Part shown: in pieces, positions 20,470-31,143 of the stretch
Layout: the number at the start of each line of letters is the position of its first letter
Numbering within the stretch: the stretch's first letter is position 1
Assembly (NCBI RefSeq): GCF_001194135.2
Contig: NC_068995.1
Span: 11,089,374-11,121,745, forward strand
DNA: 32,372 nucleotides
Direction of reading: 5' to 3'
Origin: Octopus bimaculoides
Lineage: Eukaryota
Made by a program: the position numbers and the translations under genes
The notes under the pieces: model-generated
Databases searched by the model: none
Told to the model about the DNA's origin: nothing
The model's input: the letters and a program-made list of their open reading frames with translations, nothing else

Positions 20470-20912
20470 TTACTTGTGCCCGTTATTTAATTGTGGCTAT
20501 GCTGGGGCGCTGGCTTAAAGTCGCGTGGCTTACTGGTTAGGGGTTTTAGGCTCGTGATCTTACGACTGTGGTTTCGATTCTTAAACCGGGCGACGCGTTG
20601 TATTCTTAAGCTATACACTTCATTTCACATTGGCCCAGTCCACTCAGCTGGCAAAAATGACTAACCACACGATGGACTGGTGCCCCGTTTAGGTGGAGAA
20701 TTTATACGCCATGAAACCGGGAAATCGGCCCTTATGAGTCGATATGACTCGAGAAGGTAACCTTTACCTTTACTGCTTTGACAGTTTTAATCGAACAAAT
20801 CGCTCCCAGTAGATTTCTTTGGTAAGTTTGGCTTGCTACTTATTCTATCGGTCACTTTTGTTGAACCACTACGTTACGGGGTCGGGGGACGTAAACAAAG
20901 CAACACCGTTGC
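20470..20912 (-). mobile_element. SINE family B 3' portion split by a family-C insertion
   Basis: GCTATGCTGGGGCGCTGGCTTAAAG | SINE C | TGCTTTGACAGTTTTAATCGAACAAATCG...GAACCACTACGTTACGGGG. Confidence 0.7.
20520..20773 (+). mobile_element. SINE family C, full length
   Basis: GCGTGGCTTACTGGTTAGG, GTGGTTTCGATTC, core CACTTCATTTCACATTGGCCCAGTCCACTCAGCTGGCAAAAATGA, tail (CCTTTA)n. Confidence 0.85.
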
Positions 20913-20937
20913 ATGGAAATAGTCATTCATATCTATT

Positions 20938-21260
20938 ATCTTTGACTTGCTTCAGTCATTGGACTGCGGCTATGCTGGGGCACCGCTTTGAAGTGCTTTG
21001 TTTTTAGTCAAACTTATGGACCCCATTACTTATTCTATTTTAAAGTCTAGTACCAGTGCTATTGGAACCTTTATATCGAACCGCCATGTTACGGGGATAT
21101 AAACGAACCAACACCGGTTGTCAAACTTTCGTTGGGGACAAGCACGAACACAAAGACACACGGAAGTTTTCTTGCCAACCTCACAGTTCTGCTTTTAGTG
21201 CCGCTGCATGGCATCTAGGACAAGTGTTTTCTGCTATAGACTCAGATCGATCAAAACATA
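20938..21260. mobile_element. SINE family B fragments: 3' half on minus (20938-21155), degenerate head on plus (~21170-21260)
   Basis: CTTCAGTCATTGGACTGCGGCTATGCTGGGGCACCGC...ACCGGTTGTCAA, then GCATGGCATCTAGGACAAGTGTTTTCTGCTATAG. Confidence 0.75.
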
Positions 21261-22226
21261 TATTTGTATATGTATGAATCTATCTACCTCTGTGTGTGTG
21301 CTCTTTCATATATATATATATATATATATANNNNNNNNNNNNNNNNNNNNNNNNNNNNNNNNNNNNNNNNNNNNNNNNNNNNNNNNNNNNNNNNNNNNNN
21401 NNNNNNNNNNNNNNNNNNNNNNNNNNNNNNNNNNNNNNNNNNNNNNNNNNNNNNNNNNNNNNNNNNNNNNNNNNNNNNNNNNNNNNNNNNNNNNNNNNNN
21501 NNNNNNNNNNNNNNNNNNNNNNNNNNNNNNNNNNNNNNNNNNNNNNNNNNNNNNNNNNNNNNNNNNNNNNNNNNNNNNNNNNNNNNNNNNNNNNNNNNNN
21601 NNNNNNNNNNNNNNNNNNNNNNNNNNNNNNNNNNNNNNNNNNNNNNNNNNNNNNNNNNNNNNNNNNNNNNNNNNNNNNNNNNNNNNNNNNNNNNNNNNNN
21701 NNNNNNNNNNNNNNNNNNNNNNNNNNNNNNNNNNNNNNNNNNNNNNNNNNNNNNNNNNNNNNNNNNNNNNNNNNNNNNNNNNNNNNNNNNNNNNNNNNNN
21801 NNNNNNNNNNNNNNNNNNNNNNNNNNNNNNNNNNNNNNNNNNNNNNNNNNNNNNNNNNNNNNNNNNNNNNNNNNNNNNNNNNNNNNNNNNNNNNNNNNNN
21901 NNNNNNNNNNNNNNNNNNNNNNNNNNNNNNNNNNNNNNNNNNNNNNNNNNNNNNNNNNNNNNNNNNNNNNNNNNNNNNNNNNNNNNNNNNNNNNNNNNNN
22001 NNNNNNNNNNNNNNNNNNNNNNNNNNNNNNNNNNNNNNNNNNNNNNNNNNNNNNNNNNNNNNNNNNNNNNNNNNNNNNNNNNNNNNNNNNNNNNNNNNNN
22101 NNNNNNNNNNNNNNNNNNNNNNNNNNNNNNNNNNNNNNNNNNNNNNNNNNNNNNNNNNNNNNNNNNNNNNNNNNNNNNNNNNNNNNNNNNNNNNNNNNNN
22201 NNNNNNNNNNNNNNNNNNNNNNNNNN

Positions 22227-22303
<77 letters not shown>

Positions 22304-23124
22304 CACGTACACACTTGAACGTGCATACACACAGACACACGTGCTCATCATTCATATACCATCCACCTATTTATTCCATACATACATACATACACACACA
22401 CATATTTATATGAACGTATGCACACATACATTCATCATTCATGCCTCATCCGTATATCTAATTACATATGTAAGTATTCATGTCAATGAACAAGTACACA
22501 CACACACACACACATCCGCAGCCCCACATATCTTGTATATGAAACAATTTGGACTATATTTTTGCTTAAAACATGGATCATACCCATTATAACATTAAAA
22601 ATAAACCAAAAAAATATTTATTGCAATGATATGACGAATGTAAAATTTATGTACTTTTACCAAACATTTGGAAGAAATTGCCAAGCAACATAAACAATCG
22701 CTTCGCCTCGAGTTTCACGGCAGAGAGGAAATTGAAATAGCACGTTTAATGGTACTCTGCGGACCGACTTTATATTTCTTCCGCAATGTGACATATTTTG
22801 CAAGCCGTAGACAATCACGTATTAGTTTTCTTTTCGCGAAAATTTTGAAGGTTATTTGTTGTAAACTAAACAATGGCTAGCAAATATGACACGCTATCGG
22901 AGTGTGTAGATCATGAAACTAACAGAGTCAAATATTTCTTCGTATTCTCCTCATATCGGTAGAAGGGCAAATTCGTAATCCCCACTTTATCGTAGTCGTT
23001 GTTGTTGTTGTTAGTGTTTGTATTGCGAAACTATCAGCTTATGAAAATAAATAAATGTCTTCATAGACTCTACGGGTCTCGGCAGGGTTAAATCACGGCC
23101 CTCGCTTCATCTTTGTTGCTATTT

Positions 23125-23340
23125 AAGGCGGTGAGCTGAAAGAATCGTTAGCAGGCCGGGCAAAATCTTAGCAGCATTTCGTCCGTCGCTACGTTCTGCG
23201 TTCAAATTCCGCCGAGGTCGACTTTGCCTTTCATCTTTTCGGGGTCAATAAAATAAGTACCAGTCGATCACCTGGGTTCATGTAATTGACTTACCCCTCC
23301 CCTCAAACTGTTGGCTTTGTGCCAAAATGTGAAAACAATG
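23125..23340 (+). mobile_element. SINE family A
   Basis: AAGGCGGTGAGCTGAAAGAATCGTTAGCAGGCCGGGC...GTTCAAATTCCGCCGAGGTCGACTTTGCCTTTCATC. Confidence 0.92.
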
Positions 23341-23489
23341 TAGTAGTTATTTAGTCCCAATATCTTGGTGAATGGCTTAAATTAATTCTTAAAATCTTTG
23401 TGATTTTTTAAAAAAGTGAATTAAAATACCTACGGCAGGTTTGAACCCAATTCTTATGTACTTCAAACAGAACACTTACACTACTCAGA

Positions 23490-23720
23490 AAAGGCGAATT
23501 GGCAAAGTCGTTAGAGCGTCGAACAAAATTGTCCGCGGTATTTGTTCCGACTTGTTGTGCTCAGAGTTCAGATCCTACCGAAGCAAATGTTTGGGTCGAT
23601 AAAAGTAGTAGTAATCCATGGTGATGGATTGACGGAACTGTATGAACGTCAGAATGGACGTCTTGTGGTTATTTGTTCCAGCTTGTTGCGTTCCGAGTTC
23701 ATATCATACTATGACCTATT
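23490..23720 (+). mobile_element. Two degenerate SINE A-like heads
   Basis: AAGGCGAATTGGCAAAGTCGTTAGAGCGTCGAACAAAA...GAGTTCAGATCC, and a second GGAACTGTATGAACGTC...CCGAGTTCAT. Confidence 0.6.
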
Positions 23721-23778
23721 TTGGTGGTTGACTTGATCAATCGCCCGATTTAACACTACTAATTGTACCCTGGGTGAC

Positions 23779-23990
23779 TGTTGTAATCCTTATGTCGGAC
23801 TGTTATCACGCCCTCTCCAGTATAGCAGTATAGTTAGTTAGACAAGTAAGACCACAACTATCCATGACCGTCTACTTCGTACTCTCTACACATACTGACA
23901 CTGACTGACAGTATTTATAATGGCTATCGCATACCACTCGTCATGTGGGAGGGATGTACCATTATTACTACTATCCCCATGAGAGTGACA
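23779..23990 (+). mobile_element. Possible short solo LTR
   Basis: TG...CA-bounded ~210-bp block with a TATTTATA box; no matching TSD and no second copy in the window. Confidence 0.3.
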
Positions 23991-24379
23991 TTAGCGGAGT
24001 TGACACTGGTGCACGCATTCACGCTGGGTCTCCAGTTTAAGGATACTTTCCTGACTACCTTCCACCAGTATCAATGTCAGCGTTACCTTTTCTTATAACT
24101 AAAGAATTTTTTGTGAAATCTAAAAAAGAAAAAGAATGCAGCAATCCTCAGATGTATTTTTTTCAGATCCATGAACGTTTTCCTTTGTTCTTGATTTCCG
24201 CGCCGTGTTATATTTCCCGTCAACCAGTCTCTGGAAGGTTCCAGTAACCTAGATATCCTTTTCCTTTTGTAACAAGAGACAGCTTTCCCTTGAATCAATC
24301 CGATTCTGAGAGACGGCATGATAGATATAGAGAAAGAGAAAGAAGGAGAGGGGAGGCTAGAGAAAGAGGCGCGAGAGAA

Positions 24380-24545
24380 AAGAGTCGGGACAAGTGTTTT
24401 GTTAGGATTTCATTTAGAGACTCCTAAAAAAAATGAAAGACAAAGTTGGCTTCGGCGCAATTTGAACTCGGGACGCAAAGATCCGGAACTAATACCGCAA
24501 GACATTCAATGTACTTCGTACGAACGTATTATTAGCTCTTAACAA
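24380..24545 (-). mobile_element. Degenerate SINE family A
   Basis: ATGAAAGACAAAGTTGGCTTCGGCGCAATTTGAACTCGGGACG...TACCGCAAGACATT is the reverse complement of the A head/middle. Confidence 0.7.
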
Positions 24546-25104
24546 TTTGAAGTTAATTAGTCCTTAATTGACCTAAAATACACCACAAGCAACGATAATG
24601 ACATTATGATTACAATGAGTGCTGTTTTAAATAATTTGTACAAGGTCTCACATTTCTGAAGTAGGTGCGTACTTTATTAAACCGATTCCGATGTTTTATC
24701 TTTTGACATACTTAACGTATCAGCTCAGCACTATAAGCTAACGAAACAAAACATCTATTGTACGAAGCTGGTGTTAATTATAACAGTAAGTTAAGTCTTT
24801 TCCTTGAAGCTATTCAGATGAACTGAACTGAACGTGTGAAAGTTATGCGTCATCGAAGACAGATGTATATCGGCAGACGTTTCATCTGGCATTTTAACTC
24901 TTACCACTCATAACGCCATTCTATTATTCTTGGAACAGTGCTATACATAATTAGTACTGACCAGGAATTTTAAGAACTTAGTAATAAGTAATTAATTTTA
25001 AAATTTCTAATTCCACCAAATATTATGAAGAAATGGTTATCTTCCTTGTATTAACTGTCCACTAGGGGGGCACCATGTATTTAAACAATAATTTCTTACA
25101 TTAT

Positions 25105-25235
25105 CATGCTACATATGAAAGCCAAAGTCGACTTTGGTGGCATTTGAACTCAGAATGTAAAGAGTTATAAATAAATACTGTAAATAGCTGATCTATCTCT
25201 CAACCGCTTCAGGCACCGCTTCATGTTGTTTTTAG
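25105..25235 (-). mobile_element. Degenerate SINE family A fragment
   Basis: ATGAAAGCCAAAGTCGACTTTGGTGGCATTTGAACTCAGAATGTAAAG. Confidence 0.75.
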
Positions 25236-25306
25236 TGACAATTTAATATTTATTCAATTGCAGCGTGGAAGGTGTTTATAAGCCATTTAAAACACACACA
25301 AAAACC

Positions 25307-25489
25307 GTTAGATTCACTTCAACATTTAAATTTAATTCGTCAAAATAGTTTCGTCGCTTTGAGACCGCGACCTGTTCCACCAACAAAATTCCGTGCTGCA
25401 TCTCGGAATTTTGTCAGCGAACAGGTCGCGGTTTCAAAGCGACGAAAATATTTTGACAAATTAAATTTAAATGTTGAAGTGATTCTAAC
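25307..25489. repeat. 183-bp foldback palindrome (MITE-like hairpin element)
   Basis: Arms 25307-25393 and 25404-25489 match at 79/87 columns; 10-nt loop TGCTGCATCT. Confidence 0.93.
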
Positions 25490-25490
25490 A

Positions 25491-25635
25491 GCCGACTTTG
25501 CCTTTCATCCTTTCGGGGTCGATAAATTAAGTATCAGTTACGCACTAGGGTCGATGTAAACGACTTAATCCCTTTGTCTGTCCTTGTTTGTCCCCTCTAT
25601 GTTTAGCCCATTGTGGGCAGTAAAGAAATAAGAAA
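25491..25635 (+). mobile_element. SINE family A 3' half, variant tail
   Basis: CCGACTTTGCCTTTCATCCTTTCGGGGTCGATAAATTAAGTATCAG...TTTAGCCCATTGTGGGCAGTAAAGAAATAAGAAAC; the tRNA head is absent. Confidence 0.88.
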
Positions 25636-25871
25636 CACATGTACACTGGTGAATGAATGAATGCTGGGAACGGATGGGACGGCGTTGATCATGAGTTTGT
25701 TAGATTAGGGTTAACCTAGGGCTAAACAACAACAAGAACACATTGAAGGATTTTTGTTTTAAGTATACGAAAAAAAAAAGAGACTAAATTATAATTGTAA
25801 CGAGATGATCACGGCTGGGACGCTACTGATCACCAGTTTTCTAAATGAGGGTTGGCCCTGTGTCTTAACAA

Positions 25872-26110
25872 TGCTGCTGCTACTACTACTACTACTGCTG
25901 CTGCTGCTAGAAATATTGCTATTACAAGCAGCAGCAGCACCACCACCACCATTACTACTACTACTACTACAATCTGCGACAGCAGCACCACCAAAACTAC
26001 ATCACCAAAGCTGCTGTTACTACTACTACTACTACTGTTGCTGCTACAAATATTGCTACTACAAATATTGCTACTACAAGCAGCAGCAGCTCCACTACCA
26101 CAACAACCAT

Positions 26111-26144
<34 letters not shown>
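25872..26144. repeat. Compound trinucleotide repeat (CTG/CTA/CAG/CAC)
   Basis: Directly visible; source of the low-complexity poly-T/L/Y/V ORFs. Confidence 0.95.
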
Positions 26145-26145
<1 letters not shown>

Positions 26146-26356
26146 TCTTTAATGCAAACGCCGCCCGCATCCGTTTCCTATTCATGCTTAATTAATTCAC
26201 TCGTGCGATTAAAAAAAAATGTTTTTCAAACAATTTCTTTAATGAATAAAATGAATGAAATTTAAAATCATTTAAAATGGCAAATGAAAGAAACGAAAAG
26301 AAAACACCACTCCCCACCCCACGTAAATTGCATCGCTTTGCTTATTTCTTTTCAAA

Positions 26357-26515
26357 GGTGTGGCTGTGTGGTAAGAAGTTTCCTTCTCAACTACACAGTT
26401 TCAGGTTCAGTCCCACTACGTGGCGGTACTTTGGGCAAGTGACTTTTACTATAGCTCCGGTCCGACTAGAGCTTTGTGGATGGATCTGGCAGACGGAAAA
26501 TGAAATAAGCCCCAG
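26357..26515 (+). mobile_element. SINE family B 5' half
   Basis: GGTGTGGCTGTGTGGTAAGAAG...GGTTCAGTCCCACTACGTGG...GGCAGACGGAAAATGAAA. Confidence 0.85.
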
Positions 26516-26574
26516 CATCTATCTATCTATCTGTCTATCTATCTATCTATCTATCTATCTTCACAGACATACAC

Positions 26575-26832
26575 AGACATCTCACAGGTAAATGGATTGA
26601 CAATTCCCTTAACCACTTGTGGGTTGTTGTGCGCTGCAGCTTTGCAGCATATCTTGGCCGAGAAAGTCTGGCGGAACCCATCCCTCTCTTGGCTAAACTC
26701 ATTTTTGCCAGCTGAGTGAACTGGAGTAACGTGAAACCAAATGTTTTGTTCAAGAACACAACGAATCACCCGGTCTAGAGATCGAAACCACAATCTCACG
26801 ATCGCGAGTCCAACACTCTAACCACTAAGCCT
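26575..26832 (-). mobile_element. SINE family C with a different tail
   Basis: Minus: GGCTTAGTGGTTAGAGTGTTGGACTCGCGATCGTGAGATTGTGGTTTCGATCTC...TTTCACGTTACTCCAGTTCACTCAGCTGGCAAAAATGAG. Confidence 0.85.
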
Positions 26833-27799
26833 CCACCAGGTAAATGGATACCCCTCTTTGTACCGTTTTCTATGCTGACACAGCTCATTAGTTCAATGCT
26901 CATACAGGTTAAACCCTTAAAAACTGATCAAAGCATATCTATTGAATCCTAGATTAAGTACAGATCGTCGTCAGCTTACAACCACAACTGGTTCGCACTG
27001 ACTGGTCGTAAGTCGGCCTATAGGCCTACATAGCTTTGTTTTATATTTTTACATTCGTAAGGGACATTCTCAGGTAAAACTCACACACAGCATTCCGTAT
27101 CATACTATTATAGTGGCGTTAGTCAGAAATTTCTGAGTCTCAAGCAGTCGTCTTATAAACAAATACGAAGTTGCCTCGATGTCTCCGCGACAGGATATTC
27201 ATCCAACACTTGGGATAATCAGAATGGCGATCGATAACCAAACCTAGAGGAAGCGTCTGTTAGTTGAAATCATCCGTAGATGGGTTAATTTCTAAGAAAT
27301 TAAGCACATTAGGTTTCAACTGGACTATTTATTATTGTTACCGACAGCTGACGCACCAATCGTCGTAAAGTCGATCGGTCGTAAGTCAGATAGATTGGAA
27401 GTCGACGACGACCTATATTTAAATGCGTTAAATGACATTATTTTGTTTCCTGAAGTAAATTTTAAAAATAACAACAAAAAATGTGGGTGTCTATTTTACG
27501 TATTTCTGATGACTTTTTCGTTTCCTGTTTTCTTTTTTAACCTTCCACGCTTTCTATATGCTTCCTTCTCAGCTTTTCGCGTTCCTTCTCTCATTCAGTT
27601 TTTAATTCGTTATGCTATGTGGTTTGTGTTTCATGACTGCGCGGAGATGTTTCACAACTTATAATTCATTATTTGGCGTGTTCTCAGTATAAGAAACTAT
27701 TAGTAGCACATAAAACATGCATTGTGTCTATTAAATGATATTTATCTCTCATCAGATGGAATACTTTTTTTGTTTATCTTACCATCACGAAAAAGTACC

Positions 27800-27836
<37 letters not shown>

Positions 27837-27958
27837 NNNNNNNNNNNNNNNNNNNNNNNNNNNNNNNNNNNNNNNNNNNNNNNNNNNNNNNNNNNNATAT
27901 CGTTAGTAGTTCATTTTTCCGAAAAATTTGTAGAGAGGTTATGTGCCTTCGGCCATTC

Positions 27959-28018
27959 GAGTCTGACTAGTTGCCTATACTGCTAAGTGCTTTATTGGTG
28001 CGAAACCAATGGTCACTT
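27959..28018 (+). ncRNA. Degenerate type I hammerhead motif
   Basis: GAGU-CUGACUA (G8>U)-[G..UAUUGGUGC, imperfect stem II]-GAAA (28002-28005)-CC-AAU-G-GUC-ACUU; 4-bp stem I (one G-U) and a closed helix III. Confidence 0.45.
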
Positions 28019-28045
28019 TATGACCGGCCATCACATTTAACTTCC

Positions 28046-28086
<41 letters not shown>

Positions 28087-28089
28087 AAT

Positions 28090-28320
28090 ATGTTTGTGTG
28101 TGAGTGTGTGTCTGTTTGTCTCCCACTAACGCTTGACAACCAGCGTTCGTTCGCATTGCTTACATCCCCGTAGATCCGTGGTTCAGCAAAACATATCTGA
28201 CAGAATAATACATCCGGCTTAATAAATAAGTGTACCGGGGTTAATTTGTTCGACGAAACCTTTCAAGAGAGTGCCCCAGCATGGCCGCAGACCATTGCCT
28301 GAAATAAGAAAAAAAAACAA
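28090..28320 (+). mobile_element. SINE family B 3' half
   Basis: CGCTTGACAACCAG...TTTGTTCGACGAAACCTTTCAAGAGAGTGCCCCAGCATGGCCGCAG. Confidence 0.82.
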
Positions 28321-29219
28321 AACATAAAAGAAGCATTTTCCAGCTTTAATTCAATTTATATCGTTGAAAAGAAACCAAATACCTCCCCACCCCCATCGCC
28401 TACATTTTGGAGTCGTATCTAAATAACTGTTTTTGAAATTGTTGGTAAATTTACAAACTGCTTGTTCTGTATTGCCGTATCTATTTATGGTTCACCTACT
28501 TTGGTAATAAACGGTGCAACTGTCTGATTGTTCGTCCCAAATATAATGTTTTTTGTCTTCAGTGTTCCTTGTTGTTTGTTGATTATATTTCTCTTCTCTC
28601 AAATTCTTTCTGTCTCCCCCCTCTCTCTCTCATTATATGTATATCTATACATACATGCGAACATTACAAATATACACACATACTGTACATATTTAGTTTA
28701 CTTTCCCGATAAGGCAAGATCACCAAAAATTTATTCCATCCAGCGAGAGATAAACATCATTTAATGTTCACAGTATACAGTTACAAGCTACAAATGGTGT
28801 CATGCATTGGAGATGTAGTCTAGGCAGGTTTTAATAACATACGTTGTGTCTCCAAGCAATCATTGGGCTCTGATCACATGACCTATATAATTTACAATTC
28901 AAGGCGCTAGAACAAAAGAAAGGGATTACTTTTCATGCATTTAGGCAATCTTTCACTCATAGCACAAGGTTCTGCAATATACTGCCATTAAATAAATTAT
29001 CGATTTTGAAGAGAGATCCATTTTGAGCTATTATGATTTACAGTATTTTAGGTCCGCTTAGCTCAAAAGAAAGAAAAAACGAGAAGGTGGATGCAAAAAG
29101 CGGAAAAGTTTTCTTTTTTTCGTTTCTTCTGCCGCTACCCCCCCCCCCCCCNNNNNNNNNNGCCTTTCTTCCTTTTGTGTCCACCTCGTTTTTACTCGTG
29201 ATTACCCTTGTTCTAGCGT

Positions 29220-29940
29220 TCTGATTTGTAAATCGCATAGGCTATGTGCTCAGAACCTGGTGATTGATCCATTGCCCCATCTTCTCAGATTACTGCCAGC
29301 TCTTTGTCCTTCCTCTTTGTAAAAAGAATTTCTGACTATCCATCCGTGGCATCCGACACTTAATCCCATTGCAGATCTGCAAGGTTTGAAGCATAGGAGA
29401 CAGACAAAAGTCGTATCACACTGTAGGCTTGCGACTGGTTAGCTTTGCTCATGTTGCCAATCTCCTACCACCATAGGGCTTTCAGTTGATGGAATGACAA
29501 ATGAGGCCACCATGAAAAGGTATATGTACGTCATTGGATTAAAGTTAACACTAATACAACGCAAGTACCACTCTGAGCCTCTGTGATTAAGTACCATGGT
29601 GACTGGCCGAAGCGAAATAACTAGTAATCAGATTAAATCGTAGGTTTTACACGAGAGCGTTACACTCCTGGAAGTATTCTGTGTCAGCAGCTAGGGATCC
29701 TTCACGCCCAGTGGTTTTACTTCTCTCAGGGGCTCCCATCAAGGGTATCTGTGTGTCCCCGTGCTCGGATAAGTTGTTATTACATACACTACTTAATCCA
29801 TAAGTAGGATTCTGACAGGTGCTAATACTATGGGTCAGCATAGACCTGGGAACAATAAGGGGTGGTTCGGCATTCCTCAAAATCCTGGCTCTCCAAAACT
29901 AGAGTCCCACCGCCGGAAACAGTTTATAGTCATACCCATA
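29220..29940 (-). mobile_element. Old ~700-bp dispersed repeat, probably an RTE 5' UTR plus APE start; copy 2
   Basis: Homologous to 12290-13040. Its 3' end reads MRFTNQNART, resembling the APE N-terminal TxNxRT motif. The alignment ends where the SINE B at 29941 begins. Confidence 0.7.
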
Positions 29941-30190
29941 GGCGCAGGCGTGGCTGTGCGGCAAGAAGCTTGCTACCCTTCCCAACCACATGGATCCAGG
30001 TTCCGTTTCACTGCGTGGGACCTTGGGCAAGTGTTTTCTACTGTAGCTTCGGACCGATCAAAGTCTTATGAGTAGATTTTGGCGCGCGCCTTTGTGTCCA
30101 GAGGTCGATTCTTTCAACTAAAAACTCTTCAAAGCGATGCCCCAGCATGGCCGTAGTCTAATAATTGAAAAAGATAACTATAAGAAGATA
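29941..30190 (+). mobile_element. SINE family B with large internal deletion
   Basis: GGCGCAGGCGTGGCTGTGCGGCAAGAAGCTTGC...GAGTAGATTTTGG joined directly to GAGGTCGATTC...GATGCCCCAGCATGGCCGTAGTC. Confidence 0.85.
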
Positions 30191-30254
30191 TATGTATGTA
30201 TATTTATGTATATGAGTATGTGTGTGTGTGTGTATGAGTGTGTGTGTATACATA

Positions 30255-30414
30255 TGTGTCTTTTACCGTTTACTTACTTCAGTCATTAGACTGGCCATGC
30301 TGGGGCACCGCATTGAAGAATTTTATTCAAACGAGCTGACACCAGGATTTATTTTATTTTATATTTTGAAACCTGGTACTTATTGTATCGGTCTCTTTCG
30401 CCGAACTGCTAGGA
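30255..30414 (-). mobile_element. SINE family B 3' portion
   Basis: CTTCAGTCATTAGACTGGCCATGCTGGGGCACCGC...GGTACTTATTGTATCGGTCTCTTTCGCCGAACTGCTA. Confidence 0.85.
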
Positions 30415-31097
30415 TTATATGACGAATAATAAAGAAGTGATATATATCTAGAGCGTGTGTTTATTATTGGCGTAATGACCGTCCCGAGATTCAACAAAAT
30501 CTACTGTTGATGTTTTCTTCTTTATGCCAGGATAAACCTGGATAATTGTAAAAATAAAAAAGTAGAAAAGAAGCGAAAAGAGAAAAAATTGCTTTCGTAT
30601 AAACCGAAACTAACTCCCAGAGAATGAGACTCTAAAAACTTTTGTTATGAAATATAGAGAAATACACGAAATTTCACAGTCAAATGTATTCAGCGATGAA
30701 ACAATAACAGACGCAGAACTCATCAATCTTGACAGAAACATAGATTCGTAAGAAATGTCAACGAAATGTAATGCAGATTGAGGAAATGTGTGCGTCTACT
30801 TTTGATAGTTTTTATAGCTTAAGATTTGCAAACACACACACACGTATTTATATAAGTGTATGTGTGTGTGTGTGTGTGTGTATACAGAACGGGATTTTTT
30901 TTTATGAGCAAGCATCAGTAGCTGTTAATGCTGGTAGTTTACGATGTGGCATTTTAATATATACGAATGCTATTTCAAATTTAATGGTCTTCATATATAA
31001 TTTTCTTCAATATGATAACTTCCCTTTGTAACTGGTTCCACTTTGCACGTCTGTCTAAGAACATGTCTGCTGCATATTTCCGCATCGTACAGACACA

Positions 31098-31143
<46 letters not shown>

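Noticed and set aside
25705-25728. TTAGGG-like telomeric words
   Set aside because: Only one exact and one degenerate unit; not an array.
29715-29775. Faint resemblance to reverse-complement 5S rRNA
   Set aside because: Short and weak, and the region is explained as part of the 700-bp repeat.
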